Of a stretch of DNA of 64,000 nucleotides, positions 10,509-24,362 are shown piece after piece. The first letter of the stretch is position 1; the number at the start of each line of letters is the position of its first letter. The notes below the pieces were generated by a model. The model saw nothing but the letters and a program-made list of their open reading frames with translations, ran no database searches and was not told where the DNA came from. The stretch is from Bispira polyomma (Eukaryota). The position numbers and the translations under genes are program-made. The stretch is from assembly GCA_965649765.1 (NCBI GenBank), contig OZ287751.1, positions 82,088,001 through 82,152,000 on the forward strand, in the 5' to 3' direction.

Positions 10509-12795
10509 TTGTTCAGAAAGTTACCAAGATATATGAGTGTTGTACCTGGAAATGTAACAATAAAATACTGAGAATGATTCATTTATATTTTATTCATATT
10601 TTTATGGTGACAATGTGAACAACCAACTTACGACAGGACTTAAAAGTCACTCCAAACTTCACAAAATTTTTATATGTTTGTTAAAGAACTACACAATTTG
10701 AGGCAAGCAAGATATAAACTGTATCTGCACTCATACCTGTAAAAATATTTTCCATTTTTCCTAAGAACAAATATCTAATCTCTATGTTACTTGAGCAAAA
10801 ATTTCAAGTATTTGAGTAAGCTTAAGTTGAGTCATAATTCTGTTTCTGACCATGTGTCTCAGAAAACGATGTACTTCCTCAGTAAGTAAACCCATTAGAA
10901 TCTCTTGCCATGTGTAAATGCCTTGTAATGTAATAAATTAAAAATTTGCTGTTGCCCTAAAAAAGATATTGTCCCATGGAAATATTAAATCAGTATAATT
11001 AACAATAATAACATAATCTTATATGTGCAGGTCACTTGGTGACTTTATTTAATTAAAAGATATGTTACTTCTCCTGGTGATATTTTTTACTCTTTCTTGC
11101 CAAGTAGGTCATAGCTGAATTGATACCTGGTCTAAGGTGGTCTAAGGTCAAGGTTGAATATCTTAAAACTGGTGAGGCTTGGCGACCGTTTTCAATAAAA
11201 TGTCAACTTAAAGCTGAGCCTATATGCCATAATTCCAATCAACCCGAGAAACTTTGTAATCCGTTTAAATGATCTTGAATGCCCATTCCTACATTTCAGA
11301 ATAACAATACATTCTGATTGTCTAGTTATCTCCATACAATAAATAATAATATTTAGTAATATTTACTTTGTATTGCAAACATTGTTCACTACTGGGGTCA
11401 CTTGGTGTACCTGTCATTTAGTATTTGGAGAGCAAAATTGTATCACTCTGTTTTTACTCATTTTTACTCATTTAATCACTCTGTTTTTGTCTCATTCACA
11501 CACTCGTGTGATAGGTTCCATTGGTTTGTTTTAATGTTTGTTTGTCGCCAAGACTGTATAAAACTACTGGATCAATTCACATGTGATAGAGGGATGGGAC
11601 ATAGACAAATAATTAATCTTTTTGGGAGAAGTTTCAGATAGAAATGTGGATCCATAAAGTTTTGACAATGTAGTACCTTGGTGGAGATGTGTGCGACCTA
11701 CTATGTAACCATCTAGTTGTGTACAATTTGTCTCTGTTTTTAAAATAATTACTGTAAATGGCAGCTAAGTCCATTCGTATTGTTTAAATTAATGCAATAA
11801 GCAGGTGAAAAAAATGCAGTAAATAATCATATCCTATAACTTTAGAAATTCACAAAACAATCCTGTTCCTTAGTGTTTCAGTAATCTGAAGTACCAATAG
11901 TCGCTTGCAATGAGTAGGTTGAGAAGTAGCTCCACACATTTTATACCCAGAAAATGACTTGCAGTGTCAAAAAGGATGTTCGAGTTAATTATGTGTATTT
12001 ACTATGCATGACCTCAGTGAGGCTCATAAATATCACTGAAGTACTTACGAGGCACTTAAACAACATATTTAGTATTACAGACGTAGTTATGTACATGACA
12101 AGGTAATTTTTAGGACTGTAAAGTATGAATCATAAGTATTTGATAACACTCCTTACTTACACCACAGTGATACACTTTACAAACCTGCCACCAACATTTC
12201 AAATACGTGTCCTTGTTTGTAAATACAGTGAGTCAGAAATGTTACAAAATCAAATCATCCCATTTTTCTTAATTAGTTTATGTCACTTCAGTGCAGTTTA
12301 CAAGGTTATTGTTATTATAAAACATATACACGACATTCTCATAAAACTGGCCCATCTTAAAATGATAAGACTTCGCACAAAGTCTAACGATGAGTACTTA
12401 TAACATATAGGTATTCTGCCATGTTCGCAATCAATTTTGTTATCTATCTGATCCACTTTGTATATATATCATCATCATAAAAACCCTTCACAGACAGTCA
12501 CACTAACAAACAGTTTTTCAAGGTGGATTTAATAAACTTTAATATGTTTTATAGTTTTTCAGCAGGAACAGTGTATTATCTGAACATATTTTAAGTTACT
12601 AACTTATCATAATCAAGAGCTAACAAGGAAACAAGTATATATCCATATTAAGGATAACAAACTTATAAAATACAAACATTTGGAGTATTGGTACATTTCA
12701 AGCAATTGATATATTTATAAAAAAGCAATTCAGAAAAGAGGTGCAAATATACATTGAATTTCATATAAAGACAATCATATAAATTCCTTCAGAAA

Positions 12796-13797
12796 ATGAC
12801 ATCAACAACAACAACCACCTCTTTACCTCCTGATCTACATGACACTGCGGGGGAACTCTACCCGATCATCAGTGGACTCATTATGTGGGGTATTGTTATA
12901 GCCCTCTTTATTGGCTGCCGGCAGTGCTGTAACAAGTGCTCCCGTAAGCTTATTGTATGCAGTGACCGGGTTTCTATTCTCATGGCCAATAACAGACCAT
13001 GCAGTTACTGTTGGACACATGTAGATAGGACAGCTGATGTATCTTCAGATGATACTGGCATCGATGAATTCAGTGATCCGCCGGCATATTCCATAGCCGT
13101 AGAGATGCCCAAACCCAATCACGACATCCAACAACAAACATCGCAGACCAGTGATAGTGGAAGACAGTATATATTTGCTAATGAGGGTTTCCACAATGAC
13201 AGTGTAGTGTCAGAACAAGACAGTCAAGAAGATGTAGATCTAGAAGAAACTCCCATATCCCTACACAGGCCGGAAACAGATCCTGATCTACCATCATACG
13301 AAGCGGCAGTCCGTAGTCTGAGTCTTAGTGAAGATAACCCAGATATCCAAACTGTAGTTGATATAGATCTAGTTGATGAAGATTCAGACAGTGATGACAA
13401 TGTTGGCCTGAGAATGTCTGAACTGGACGAAACTGCACAGGAGACAACAGTTACCATAGAACATGAAGATGTTGATAACAAAAACGGAAATAGGCAGGAC
13501 TCCAATATTAGTAAACATATTACCACAGTTACACCTAATGATAATGTTCATTCAAATGATGATACTACAATGGATGAAGCTATAGGAGAATCAGACAGTT
13601 CTTCTAATGCAGTTGTCATTAATATTGGATCTGGTGATGAGGGCAGTAGCTCTGGTTCCAATCCATGGCCACATAGTGATAGTACAGTGAGACTATGTGG
13701 TTCTAAACAGAGGAAGAGTTCTAATCACAGTGTTGTAGATGTATTAGACCTTTCCAGTTTGCATAGTGTGTCATCAGAGATACCTGTAACACTATAA
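12796..13797 (+). CDS. single-pass (type III-like) membrane protein with Cys-rich juxtamembrane segment and PPxY/LPxY motifs, paralog 1
   Basis: 333-aa ORF just after a CCTTCAG acceptor. Thr-rich N-terminus, TM segment PIISGLIMWGIVIALFIG, CRQCCNKC, PPAYSIAVEMPKP, LPSY and an acidic disordered tail. Upstream exon not identified. Confidence 0.8.
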   Translation: MTSTTTTTSLPPDLHDTAGELYPIISGLIMWGIVIALFIGCRQCCNKCSRKLIVCSDRVSILMANNRPCSYCWTHVDRTADVSSDDTGIDEFSDPPAYSIAVEMPKPNHDIQQQTSQTSDSGRQYIFANEGFHNDSVVSEQDSQEDVDLEETPISLHRPETDPDLPSYEAAVRSLSLSEDNPDIQTVVDIDLVDEDSDSDDNVGLRMSELDETAQETTVTIEHEDVDNKNGNRQDSNISKHITTVTPNDNVHSNDDTTMDEAIGESDSSSNAVVINIGSGDEGSSSGSNPWPHSDSTVRLCGSKQRKSSNHSVVDVLDLSSLHSVSSEIPVTL

Positions 13798-15127
13798 TTT
13801 GCTGGTTAACCGTGTTCTTGATTTAATCGTTGATAATTGTATCATTATTATCACCATAGTCATTAAACTTTGCATTTATTAGTTTATATAGAGTGACCAT
13901 AATTATATTAAACCCCATCGGCTATTGTTTAGAAGATGTTTTCTTCAGATTTGATGCAGTTTGTATTTATACATAGAGAGTAGTTTAAATAATTGAAATC
14001 AAATATTCAGGTACTCATTGGAGACTGATATCATTTAATAATACAATTTACAGATACAACTATCTTTACAACTCTAATGTTTTACTGTAACTTTACTTAT
14101 CTTATAATGTTTAAATAAATCTAATAATTATATATTTAAGTAAAATCAAACATTTTGTACTAGTTTGAAATATTTTAAGCAAAACATATTTCTGCTAAAT
14201 TTCCAGGTAGTTTCCATTAGTATTCTGTTTGAATAAATGGGTTCACACTATGACAGTGTGGAGAGGCAGTAATAAATGCTATAAAAATCGCCTTGTAGTA
14301 AATCCCTATCTATAACTTCCCTTAACTTCAGCTTATCTCTACAGTCGGATATGCAAGGCGGAAGTTGAGTATGGTCAAAACTTTTTTACCTCACTGAGGT
14401 GAAAAGATGAAAAATGTTATATTAGTGTTTTTACTTCTACAGTGCCACAAGCGATAACCAGGCATCCTCTGTGGTGCACATTTCAATCAGTATGCAAAAG
14501 AGTCCAATAGTAGAAAAGGTTCATGATTAGAGTTCAGTCGTGACCCAGAGACAAACGTTAAAGGCAGAACAGTGACTTGATACAGATGTGTTTTGAGCCT
14601 TTTCCTGAAGCATGTAATCCTTGACTCAGTGTGAAGACTAGTAGAGAGGCTATTCCAAAAGGTGCTGCAACTTTGAATGATTTTGAACCACTAAGTTTTT
14701 TTTGGTAAAAAGCCAGAGGTGGAGAAACAACTTTCTCTGGTAACATTGCTGAGAGGCAGCATAGATGATAACTAGGCAGGTTGCTGCATATGGATATTCT
14801 TAAAAATGAGGACAATTAACTCAAAATTAAAACAGAACTTAATAGGCAGCCAGTGCAATTTTTAAAGCAGAGGTGTCATATTTGAGCGGGGACTAGCATG
14901 GCACACAAATCTGAATAGGTTGTTTTGAATTTTTTTCAGCTCGTTTATTTGCCCCTGCTCAATTCCATATAGTTTCTATTCCATTACAACATTTTCCAGA
15001 GTTAAGTGTCGACGAATCCTATTAAAGTCAAGGATGTTGCAGTAGCAGGATCAACAGATGTTTCTTGAAGGAGAAATCAAAGCAAAAGTGGATATATTTT
15101 ACACAGTATCAACTTTGTGAAATTGGT

Positions 15128-15430
15128 CTCTGTGGCCTAGTGGTTGGGCTGTCTGACTTTGGGTCTGGGGTCCTGGCTGCAGGCCTGGAGATGGTACACT
15201 TGGACAAGGTACTTCATACAAAGTTATTCCTCTCCACCCAGGTGAATAAATGGGTACCTGGCCGCTAATCGGTGTTAGTATGTGCGCTGTATGTGGCAGC
15301 ATGGCAAGTATGCTTCCTGATGGAGCTGAGGCTAAACAATTGGTTGACAAATGGAAGAACCCAGGTCGGGTGTACATTGTAGAGTCGTATGAGACCTCAA
15401 TAGAGGTGATATCAGACTATAAACCTACCC
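15128..15430 (+). mobile_element. tRNA-derived SINE of a second family
   Basis: Head TGTGGCCTAGTGGTT; central CTCTCCACCCAGGTGAATAAATGGGTACC block typical of conserved-domain SINEs. Confidence 0.65.
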
Positions 15431-15741
15431 ACATTCATAATTCTCTTTCTCTAGATATCAGGGCAAGGTAATTTATCCTAAATTTGCATATTATATCTGT
15501 TCAACCAAGCCTTCAGTTCCCTTACCACCCTGGGTACTACATTATTTCCTGACAACTCTGGCTTTGTCTTTGGGCTATAATTCTGAAAAATTAGGGAAAT
15601 TATCAATAGTGATTTGTGAGACCCACTTTATGAGATATAGTGCTAGCAAAGAACAATAGAATAGTATAGAATAGTATAAAACCCACTGAAATTGGAGTGC
15701 AAGTTTTAAAGTAATATTTATCAGTGATCAATGTGTCTTGT

Positions 15742-15855
15742 ATAGATAAACACCTCGTGGCACTACATTATGTAAACTTAATGGTGTACAAGGGCCTTTA
15801 TGCCTGAATACCCATTAAGCTTACTTAATGTAAGCGCCACGAGGTGTTTATCTAT
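15742..15855. repeat. 114-bp near-perfect palindrome (fold-back element)
   Basis: ATAGATAAACACCTCGTGGC (15742-15761) is the exact reverse complement of GCCACGAGGTGTTTATCTAT (15836-15855). The inner arms also pair with few mismatches. Confidence 0.85.
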
Positions 15856-18800
15856 TAAAAATACCCAACCCAACTAAAACAACATTATAAAATGAAAATT
15901 GAAATTAAATTAAGTATGCTTTTTAACATATTTACTGTAATGCAGGGTAGAAAAACGCTACCACTACATTATTTTTTAATGCTACATTATTAGAAAATAA
16001 TGTGACAGTTTAATGGCAATGCATACCCCTTGGGTTTTATTGTGATATTAACTGACCTCCAATCTTACAAACTGAGAAGCCTAACAATATGTATCTGGGA
16101 TTATGTGTTTTTTTTGTGATTAAATTACCTTCAAATTTGTTGCTTAGCTGAGCATGCTTTATTATCACGTTCTGTTAATAGACTTTTAACTATAACTGTT
16201 TGACGGAAAATTGCTTCCAATCCACTTCAATATTGCTGTAACAGTCAGAATAATATCTGTAATTATATAATTATATACTAACCTTGTACTACACTTATTG
16301 AAGTGGTTTATTTACATCTCTGACTTCATTACATAAATTCATGTTTGTCTTTATAATCAAAGTATGTCTTAAATTAATGTTAACATTTAACAAGTATACA
16401 GACCTTGTAAAAACAATATTAGTAACAGTGGAAATTTGTATTGTACATACTGCAGTGGTTAACTTACATGTCTGACTTAATTAGAAAAGTATCTGGTTGA
16501 GTATTAATCAAAACTTAATATTTAGTTGATATCTTCTTTTCATTTTAATATGGCTTCAAAGGCATTTGCGAATAAGTCATTATTGCAGTTTTAGGTGGGT
16601 TTTTATTGTATATACTTACATATAGACCGAGGGAACTAATAATATATCGTTATCAACCTCGTTTACCAGATAGAACAACTAGTACATAGTAATAATCATG
16701 AGTGGGTAAATACAATCCAGTTGATTTATATATGTTTGCAATAAACAATAAACAAATCAAATTGAAGTAGAGGAGAGATGTCTATACATTGGACCAGACA
16801 CTTGTCATTGATTCAGATCGAAGAACCAATAATGGACTTCCACAGGGCCAGATTATACAAAGGCACAAAACATGACAAGTGGATGCATAATAAAGAGAAT
16901 TTATACTATTGATAAATACATGTGCTTACATAAAATAAATAATAATTCAGACACATTCTCAAATTCTGTGTAAGGACTAGTAGTACTAGTATGCATTTGC
17001 TTAAATTTGGTATTTATTTTGTTTATAGAGTGATTCAGAAAGTGTTAAATTGATTATATATCCTCTGAGATATTAATTGTCCAAAATCGAATACATCTGC
17101 TAGATCGAACATGAGAAGTGAGGAAAGAGCCTGGCTGGTATTAATTATAATGACAAAGAGAAGGTTACACTTATTCTTTTTGGAAATGTATCTACCTTTA
17201 TATTATACACTTAAAAAGTATACAGTATTAAATTGGCCACCAATGTAGGCTTTTGATGTAAGAACTCAGGTGACCCAATGTAGGCTTTTAAAGTAATAAC
17301 TCAAGTGACACCAACTGCCCCAGTGATGGAAAACAGACACTATTTTGTACCTTCTGAAGCCACAACAATGAGTTTACAGAATTATGTTGTGTTATATTCT
17401 TATTATTTGTTAATCTAATTATAGAGCATTTATATAGTGTTCTTTTTGTTCTATCTTCTCGTAAGGAGCTCATTTTTCTACAAGATAGCATTGGTCATTA
17501 TCAAAGGTGTGTTCACATCTTGCTCAGGATGTTATTCCAAAATAAACCAAGTGAAATTAATGGTAGTCAAACTCGAAAACTTCTAGACCAACTCTCTAAA
17601 CACTAGGTTATGCGAGATTTTATTGATATTGATGAATCAAAACCATTAATAGTGATCCTAAACACATAGCTAATTGTCTGTAGGCGATGGCATGGAGACA
17701 TCTTGCCCAAGGATGTTGACATTCAATGATAGTTATTATGTTACAAGGAATCAAACCGGAGATCTTGTAATGACAAAAACAACTACTTTATGAGACCAGG
17801 CTATTGGGAGACCAAAGTTGTTGAAACGGCTACTGCCAAGAGCATTTGCAACACCACTTCTTACTGGTTAATCTGAGCCATCAATATTTCAAAATCCTCT
17901 TAGTATTATGTTCCTGTTAATGATGCTAAATAAACAATCATCCAGACATTTCCTTTTCAATAAAGAAATCACAAAGAGTTGTAGTGACAGAAACTAGAGA
18001 GAAACCCGGTCCTGTGATATGCTCACTGTACATAAAAAAAACTTCACTACAATTAGTTGTCAAGCGACATTATTAATACTGCAAGGTGTATTGTATTGTA
18101 TTTTGCATTTTTAACGTGCCTTATTGATGTGACGTATCTTCTAAAGTGCAACAACAAATTCAATCAACCCATCCAGAAGTCCAAAAAACATGGTTGTAAG
18201 GAAGGATGTGGTGGCGTGGAGAGAGGGAACTGAGGGGGAGGGGGGGGGGGGGGGGGTTCAGTTTGAAGGGATAGTTTTCAACAAATGATCAAAAGTAACA
18301 AGGATAATCCCAGGCTACTGCTCAGTTAAAAAGATTTATTTTTAAATACCATTTGTTGTTTGTTCGGATTGTACAGATTTAATAGATTTTGCGAATGTTT
18401 TAAACAAAATTTACCATGACAAAATTGAGAAATTACTTTTTTGGTAAATACAAAATCCTCAAACTCATTATGGCTTGTTCATTCCAATTATATGACCTTA
18501 ACGTGCCCATGGGTATAGGCAGGTTAATTTGTCAGTATAACTTAATCAAGACTACCCAGCAAGCAAGAAATCAAATTAATATCACCCCTAAATTGGGCTA
18601 TAGCCCATCTTAAGATTGAACCACTACATAATTGAAATAACCTTGATATAACAAAGTTTAGAACATTAATACATATATTACATTATTACATATATAACTT
18701 TTAAATATTACATTATTACATATACAATTTTAATGGGACACCTTGAATGAGTACATAATAGTTAATCTAAAATAGTTTAGGACATAATGATGTACGCAAG

Positions 18801-19204
18801 TAAACACAATGAAATCATACAAGGCACACAACTATGCACAAGTAATTCTGGATTGATTGTAGCCTTTACAACTGGTACTTCTAGAGTTCAACAAGTAGAG
18901 AATTGCAGTTAATATGACCAAAGCAGTGGTAGATTATGTTGTAGATTGCCTTCCAGTTGAGCTAAGACTGCTTGAAACACTTTCTGGATTTAGAAGAAAG
19001 CTTACAAGCTATCTCTTCAGGCTCGCCTATCCGTTGTAGTCGTCTCCCTTGGCGCTGACGCATCCATCCTTACAACTTGGCTATGTTTTTCGATTTTTCT
19101 ATTGGGTGATTGATTCTGATGTTGCGCCTTAGGAGATGTCAAGGATCAATAAGACGCGTTAAAAATGTACAATACAATACAACAAAATTGGCGTAAAACA
19201 ATGC

Positions 19205-19555
19205 AAGATTAGTGTGTGGGTTAAAAATAAAGCAGTGCTAAATATGTTTAAAGATTAAGAATAAATCAGTGGTAGATTATAGTGTGGATAATTAATAGAT
19301 TAGTGTGTTGATTAAGAATAATTTATTGGTTGATTAGTGTGTTGATTAAGAACAAATCTGTATTTTTAAGATAAGAAGTAAAGTAGTATTAGATTAGTCT
19401 GTAGGTTAAAAATAAATCAGTGATTTGTTAGTGGGAAGATTCAGAAGAAAGCATGGTAGATTACACATATATTAAGAATAGATTAGTTTGTTGATTATAA
19501 ATGAGACTATGGTAGATTAATGTGTATATTAAGAATAAGTCAATTGTAGATTCAT
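19205..19555. repeat. degenerate minisatellite, unit about 34 bp
   Basis: Recurring GATTAAGAATAAATCAGTGGTAGATTAGTGTG-like unit. Confidence 0.7.
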
Positions 19556-19762
19556 GTGATGTAACTGTTAACAAACGATGTAATTTGTGTCATTGCCCTT
19601 CAGTGTGACCTTAGCATTATGGTAAACACGAAATATGAACAAGCATGTTTGGGATATTAATTATATTTCTATGTTAAAAGACTACACTTATTCAATAACT
19701 AGATGGGGGCCACCCAAGCTTGATAAGATTTAGAAAAAGGGAGCCTTGAATTGCTTTGCAAT

Positions 19763-20078
19763 TTAAGGCTACCATTGATTAAGTTTATGGTTAGGGTAGC
19801 CAGATTTAAGTTTGACTAAGGCTACCCTAAGTTGAAATAAATATAAGGTCAGCCTTAACTAGGTTTTTGGTAAGGCTACCATAAATTAATTGAGGTGGCC
19901 TTAATCTGAGTAAGGCCACTATAAAGTGATAGATGAGGTGACCTTAACTTTTTGGTTTAAGGTTACCCAAGAGAAACATTTTAGATTTTGATAACCTTAA
20001 CTTTTTGTAAGGTAACCGAAAGAACAGTTTAAAATGTAAATAAAATTTAATAAAGAATGAAGCTAGGGTGGCGCTAAG
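19763..20078. repeat. array of about 12 alternating-orientation TAAGGYTACC-like motifs
   Basis: Forward copies at about 19763, 19817, 19871, 19911, 19957, 20008; reverse copies at about 19791, 19846, 19894, 19936, 19990, 20065. Confidence 0.75.
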
Positions 20079-20109
20079 TATATGTATATGTATATAGTAT
20101 TTGAGCAAG

Positions 20110-20840
20110 ATTTAATTCTGACTCTAGTGTCAGTAAGTGGTATCCAGGTAAAATCATTTTTAAACTGAAATAGGGGCCATTCTTATGGCTAGGGGTAATG
20201 GCTAGCAAGGTAAAGAGGAGAAGCACCTAAAGCCGGAATTTTCACAACTTTAGCCCTGTTTTTGGACTGAAGGGTTTTAGTCCATTTTACAAAAATGTGG
20301 AGCTCTGGAAGGGCAAAAATCACCTCGGGCCAGTTGTTGCAAGGGTGAAAATTGTGTGACTGCATGTGGTACTAAATTAGAAATTCGTAAAAATGAAAAG
20401 AAAGCCACAAGGTATACCGCTTTGAAAACATGGCCCATGTACATTGTGTCACATATTTGAATAATTTGTGAAAGTAAGGGTTTTTCAATAATTCGCTTCA
20501 TTCTAGCTCGAAATGGTGTACTTAAGATTAATGATTTTTGATAATTTTTGATTCTTGGGTCAGCAAATGCTGCTATATTTAGGCCATGCAAGGCCATTTT
20601 TGCCTTGACTGCTGACAGGTAATTTGCAATAGAGGACGAAGAGGCATTATTGACTACCAAACACTCCAGGAAGCAGAGTAGCAACATGGGAGAAATTGAA
20701 TGACAGTCAATATGAGTGAAACAACAATAAGCTAAGAATAATCGAAACATGTTTTGATAAGATCTTTCAGTAGATGGTCTGAAAGCCCTGTGAGCTCTGT
20801 GGGATGCTTGTGAGGCTATCTGTTGTAGGTGAGCTGGTAC
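20110..20840 (-). pseudogene. tyrosine recombinase, frameshifted and 3'-truncated
   Basis: AFRPSTERSY...SIANYLSAVK...AFFSFLRISNL (catalytic Arg box). A frameshift leads to KWTKTLQ...VKIP. No HxxR or catalytic Tyr segment is found. Confidence 0.85.
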
Positions 20841-20848
20841 ATCTGGAA

Positions 20849-23339
20849 TTATATAGACCAGTCAATTTCTAACATGCTACTTTGAACTGGAACCCATATA
20901 GGGTTGGATATAAACTGTTTGAGCTTATCATTGGTATTAGTCATGAGCTGCCATCGAGACAGCAAGTCTGCTACATTGTTATCTCTACCTAATATATGAA
21001 TAGTTCTGAGACTTATGTCAGCCAATGCTGTTTCCATGAAAATGTTTCTAGCTATGGCTGCTAATGTTAAATCTTTAGTTTTTCCTGAACCCAGAATAGA
21101 GACTACTGCTGCATTGTCACATTGAATGATTAGTCTTTTGCCTGCCCAGAGAGATTTCCATACCCTGATGGCTACTAAAATATTCAGCATCTCAAGGTGT
21201 ACAATTATGAGGTTAAGATACCCCAGAGGTATGTCATGGGTGTATACCTGTTCATTGCATCGGCCTCCGAAACCTTGCAAGCAAGTGTTGAGTTGTATAC
21301 AGTCAGTTGTTGGTTTATGATAAAAAAAGGCTTTGCCATTAAAAGTAGGCAAAAATTTTGAAAACCAGTTTACATCCTGATGGAATTCTGTTGTTAATTT
21401 TATATTATTACTATTGGCTGCCAGTCTCAGAGTGTCCAACATGCGATTAAGGAAAACACGGGATATGCGTACACATTTTGATATGTACAGTAGTTTGCCC
21501 AGCAATGATTGGAGTTCTTGTTTTGTACATTTTTGCTTATGTTTCCACAGAGTTATCATGTTACCTATTTCTTCCAACTTTTCTGGTGGTATGGAGACTG
21601 TGAAGTCTTCGGTATTAACAAGGACGCCTAAGCATGTGACTTTTGTACTGAGGTACACTAGTTTTTTGTTACTAATTGCAAAACCTAATTCTGGTAATAA
21701 TTTATGCAACAAGTTAAATGAGCGTTGACTTTCGACGTCATTTCCATATCCTATAATGTCATCAACATAATTTGTGACGTCATAGCTATTGCATTGCATT
21801 ATATATCTGATGCCATCACTTAATCTTTGAAAAATTGCACTTCCGTGCCGAAAACCAAAGGGAAGACACGAATCTACATAGTATTTTTCCAGCTTTAAGC
21901 CTAGCAAATTATAGTCGGCTGGGTCGATCTTTACATGCCTAAATGCCCGGCTGACATCGATTTTGTATAACTGCATCCCACGACCTAGTTTGATTACTTT
22001 GCTAGTGATAGTGTCTATGGTTGGAAGGGTTAGACAGAATGGTGTAGCTAAAGTATTTGTCTTTAGCTACAGCAGTATTGACAGATTCCCCATGTGGATA
22101 ACTGAGGTCTATTATTACTCGTCTGTGAGGTGCCCCAGGTTTTTCCCTTGACATGAATGGTGAGATATGAAGATCACATATGGGAACTTCTTTAAATGGT
22201 TCCAGCACTGCACCATTTTTTATTTCTTTATCAAGGTATGCCTTAATATTGTCCGGATAATCTGTAGCCGACTTATGATTAACTTTGGTATGCCACAGTT
22301 TGCTGCTGCTGTCAAAGTCAAGTGGAAAGCCGTATCTCACTAAAAATGGCAACTGGGTATCCCAGTAGCCTTGCAGGTATTTTTCCCAAGCATCTGAATT
22401 TAGTTCTGACTTTATCTCTATTTGGGCACCCATCAAATTTGGTCGTGTTTGTTTTTTGATAATGTCATGAAGCTGAAGCAACAACTTCTGGGAGCTATGC
22501 CGGTTATCAGAAGTTGGAATTTGTAATTCACCTAAGGGAATAAAACCATATTTGTCATTCATCTGTGAATTCCACAGTTGGAAGCGCGTTTCGTTATGAG
22601 CCTTGCTTATTAAGTCCTTATGGCATGGTTTGATTTGCAGTTCCAAATCATATTTGTCTCTGTCTATACCGCCTTGTGTAAGCGCGTCTTTACCTGTTGT
22701 ATGTGTGTTCAGCTTAACCCTATGGCTGTTTACCTTTGGTGTGCAACAACCTTTAGGGACAGAGGTGTTGATTTGTTTGACCTCAGTTTTTGTATTGTCC
22801 CCATCACCTATTGTGGCCAAGAGTGCAAATTTGTTTTGAACGGGGGTTGGAGAATTGACACCTTTCAAGAAGTGTGAATAGTGGACAGAGGTTTTTGACC
22901 TACTTGTTTCCCCAAGTTTGGCACCTTTTTCTTGGACAATTGATTTAACAGGGGATTTGGGAAGGTGTGACTTTTCCTTTGGCACCTTTCCATTGACCCT
23001 GCTAGTGCTGCATCTGACATTATTTCCTGCAATTCTTACAACACATTTACTACTATCAGGTACTTGTGTACACATTTTAGTACTATGGCATACATTAAAG
23101 ATACTAGTATTCTGGTTTACATGTTGTGACTTTTTTATACATCTGGAGGAATCACTGGAGAAACTGTCAGTTTTTCTACTCAAATTACTCCTCAAACTGG
23201 TTTTTGCCTTGCCCCTTTTTAATACATCTGTGTATGACATTTGTGTGAAATGAGCCCAATCAGTTCTCCAATGACTACTACCATACACATCACATACACT
23301 ACTATGTACAACTCTATCATTAAAAGTATTACGACACAC
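20849..23339 (-). pseudogene. RT/RNase H (pol) of the YR retrotransposon, split by a frameshift near 22050
   Basis: RRVIIDLSYP, KIDVSRAFR, LPFGFRHGS, YVDD, then RNase H HLEMLN / QCDN / ADLLSR. The first RNase H Asp reads Asn (LNTC). Confidence 0.9.
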
Positions 23340-23378
23340 AAATTGTCTGTCCTATTTACAGGTTTGATTACTGAGAAG

Positions 23379-24362
23379 TCATTTGTTTTTTGTATTTTTT
23401 CGACAGTCTTTAGAAGGATGGGCATGGGAGCGACCCAATGCAAAACATACACTACAGACATGGAGGTAGGATTGGCCCCTGGTTTCGTGGTCCCCTTTTT
23501 GGGAGCAAGTACCTTTTTGATAGTATTTGCACGGAGCCCCTTTGTCATGACTTCTCTTGGAATTGTTTTGAGTTAAATTTTGACCTGAATGTACTACTTT
23601 TTGAGCATGAGCTCTTCTTATTCTGTCTAGTTTGTGAGAATCCCCCCATGTAATTTTTCCCTCTTCCATTTTGCACATGACTGCCCTTAGCTGAATTCCA
23701 ATAGAAGTCATGAGCATCTTCCATCAAATCAGAGAGGTATTCAAGTATTTGGTTTTTAATAGTTACATCACTTTCATCTCTAATATAATGCTGGTGAAGC
23801 CAGCCATCCATTGAGCCATGGAAAGAGAGTCATAGGACAACCTGCCCTTATTTTGCCCCCCCTAGAATCGAAGTTTGGGGCAATGGTACTTTATTTTTAA
23901 CCCATACAGTGTCTGCCCCCCCCTCCCCCCCCCTCTGTGACTTACCTGCCTTGTTAATAACAGCCAGTTCTTTGAGGCGGGTGTCGACTGCTGACTGGAA
24001 GTGCTGGGAGTCTTGCAGATTCTGCAAAGAAGGGACGAGGACATCTTCCGGATATACTAGTGTCGAGGTAGGTCTTTGTTCCTGGCTTGTGCGCATGGGT
24101 GTGGTCATCAGTGGTGAACTGGACAGGGACTGCACTCTATGTTCGGAATGCCTAACCTGTTGCTCAATTAGGGTCATACGATCCCCCAGTGCTCGCAATT
24201 CACATAGGATTTCAGAGTTTGTATCACCAACAGGAGTTTGACTTGCATTCACTTGAACAGTTTTCTCCGATAATAAATGTTTGCTAATTTACATCTGACA
24301 TCTATTGGTTTAACATGATTTTGTCCACATTTCTGGCAGTCGTATGTTTCACGAGGAGCCAT
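23379..24362 (-). pseudogene. gag-like ORF1 of the YR retrotransposon, fragmented
   Basis: Consecutive broken ORFs ending in the Cys/His knuckle PCKYYQKGTC...HVCSVC...H...C; overlaps the start of pol. Confidence 0.75.

Noticed and set aside
12089-12102. ATGTACATGACAAG|GT as first coding exon of PY paralog 1
   Set aside because: The phase-2 donor gives an immediate stop at the 12793 acceptor; at most a UTR exon.
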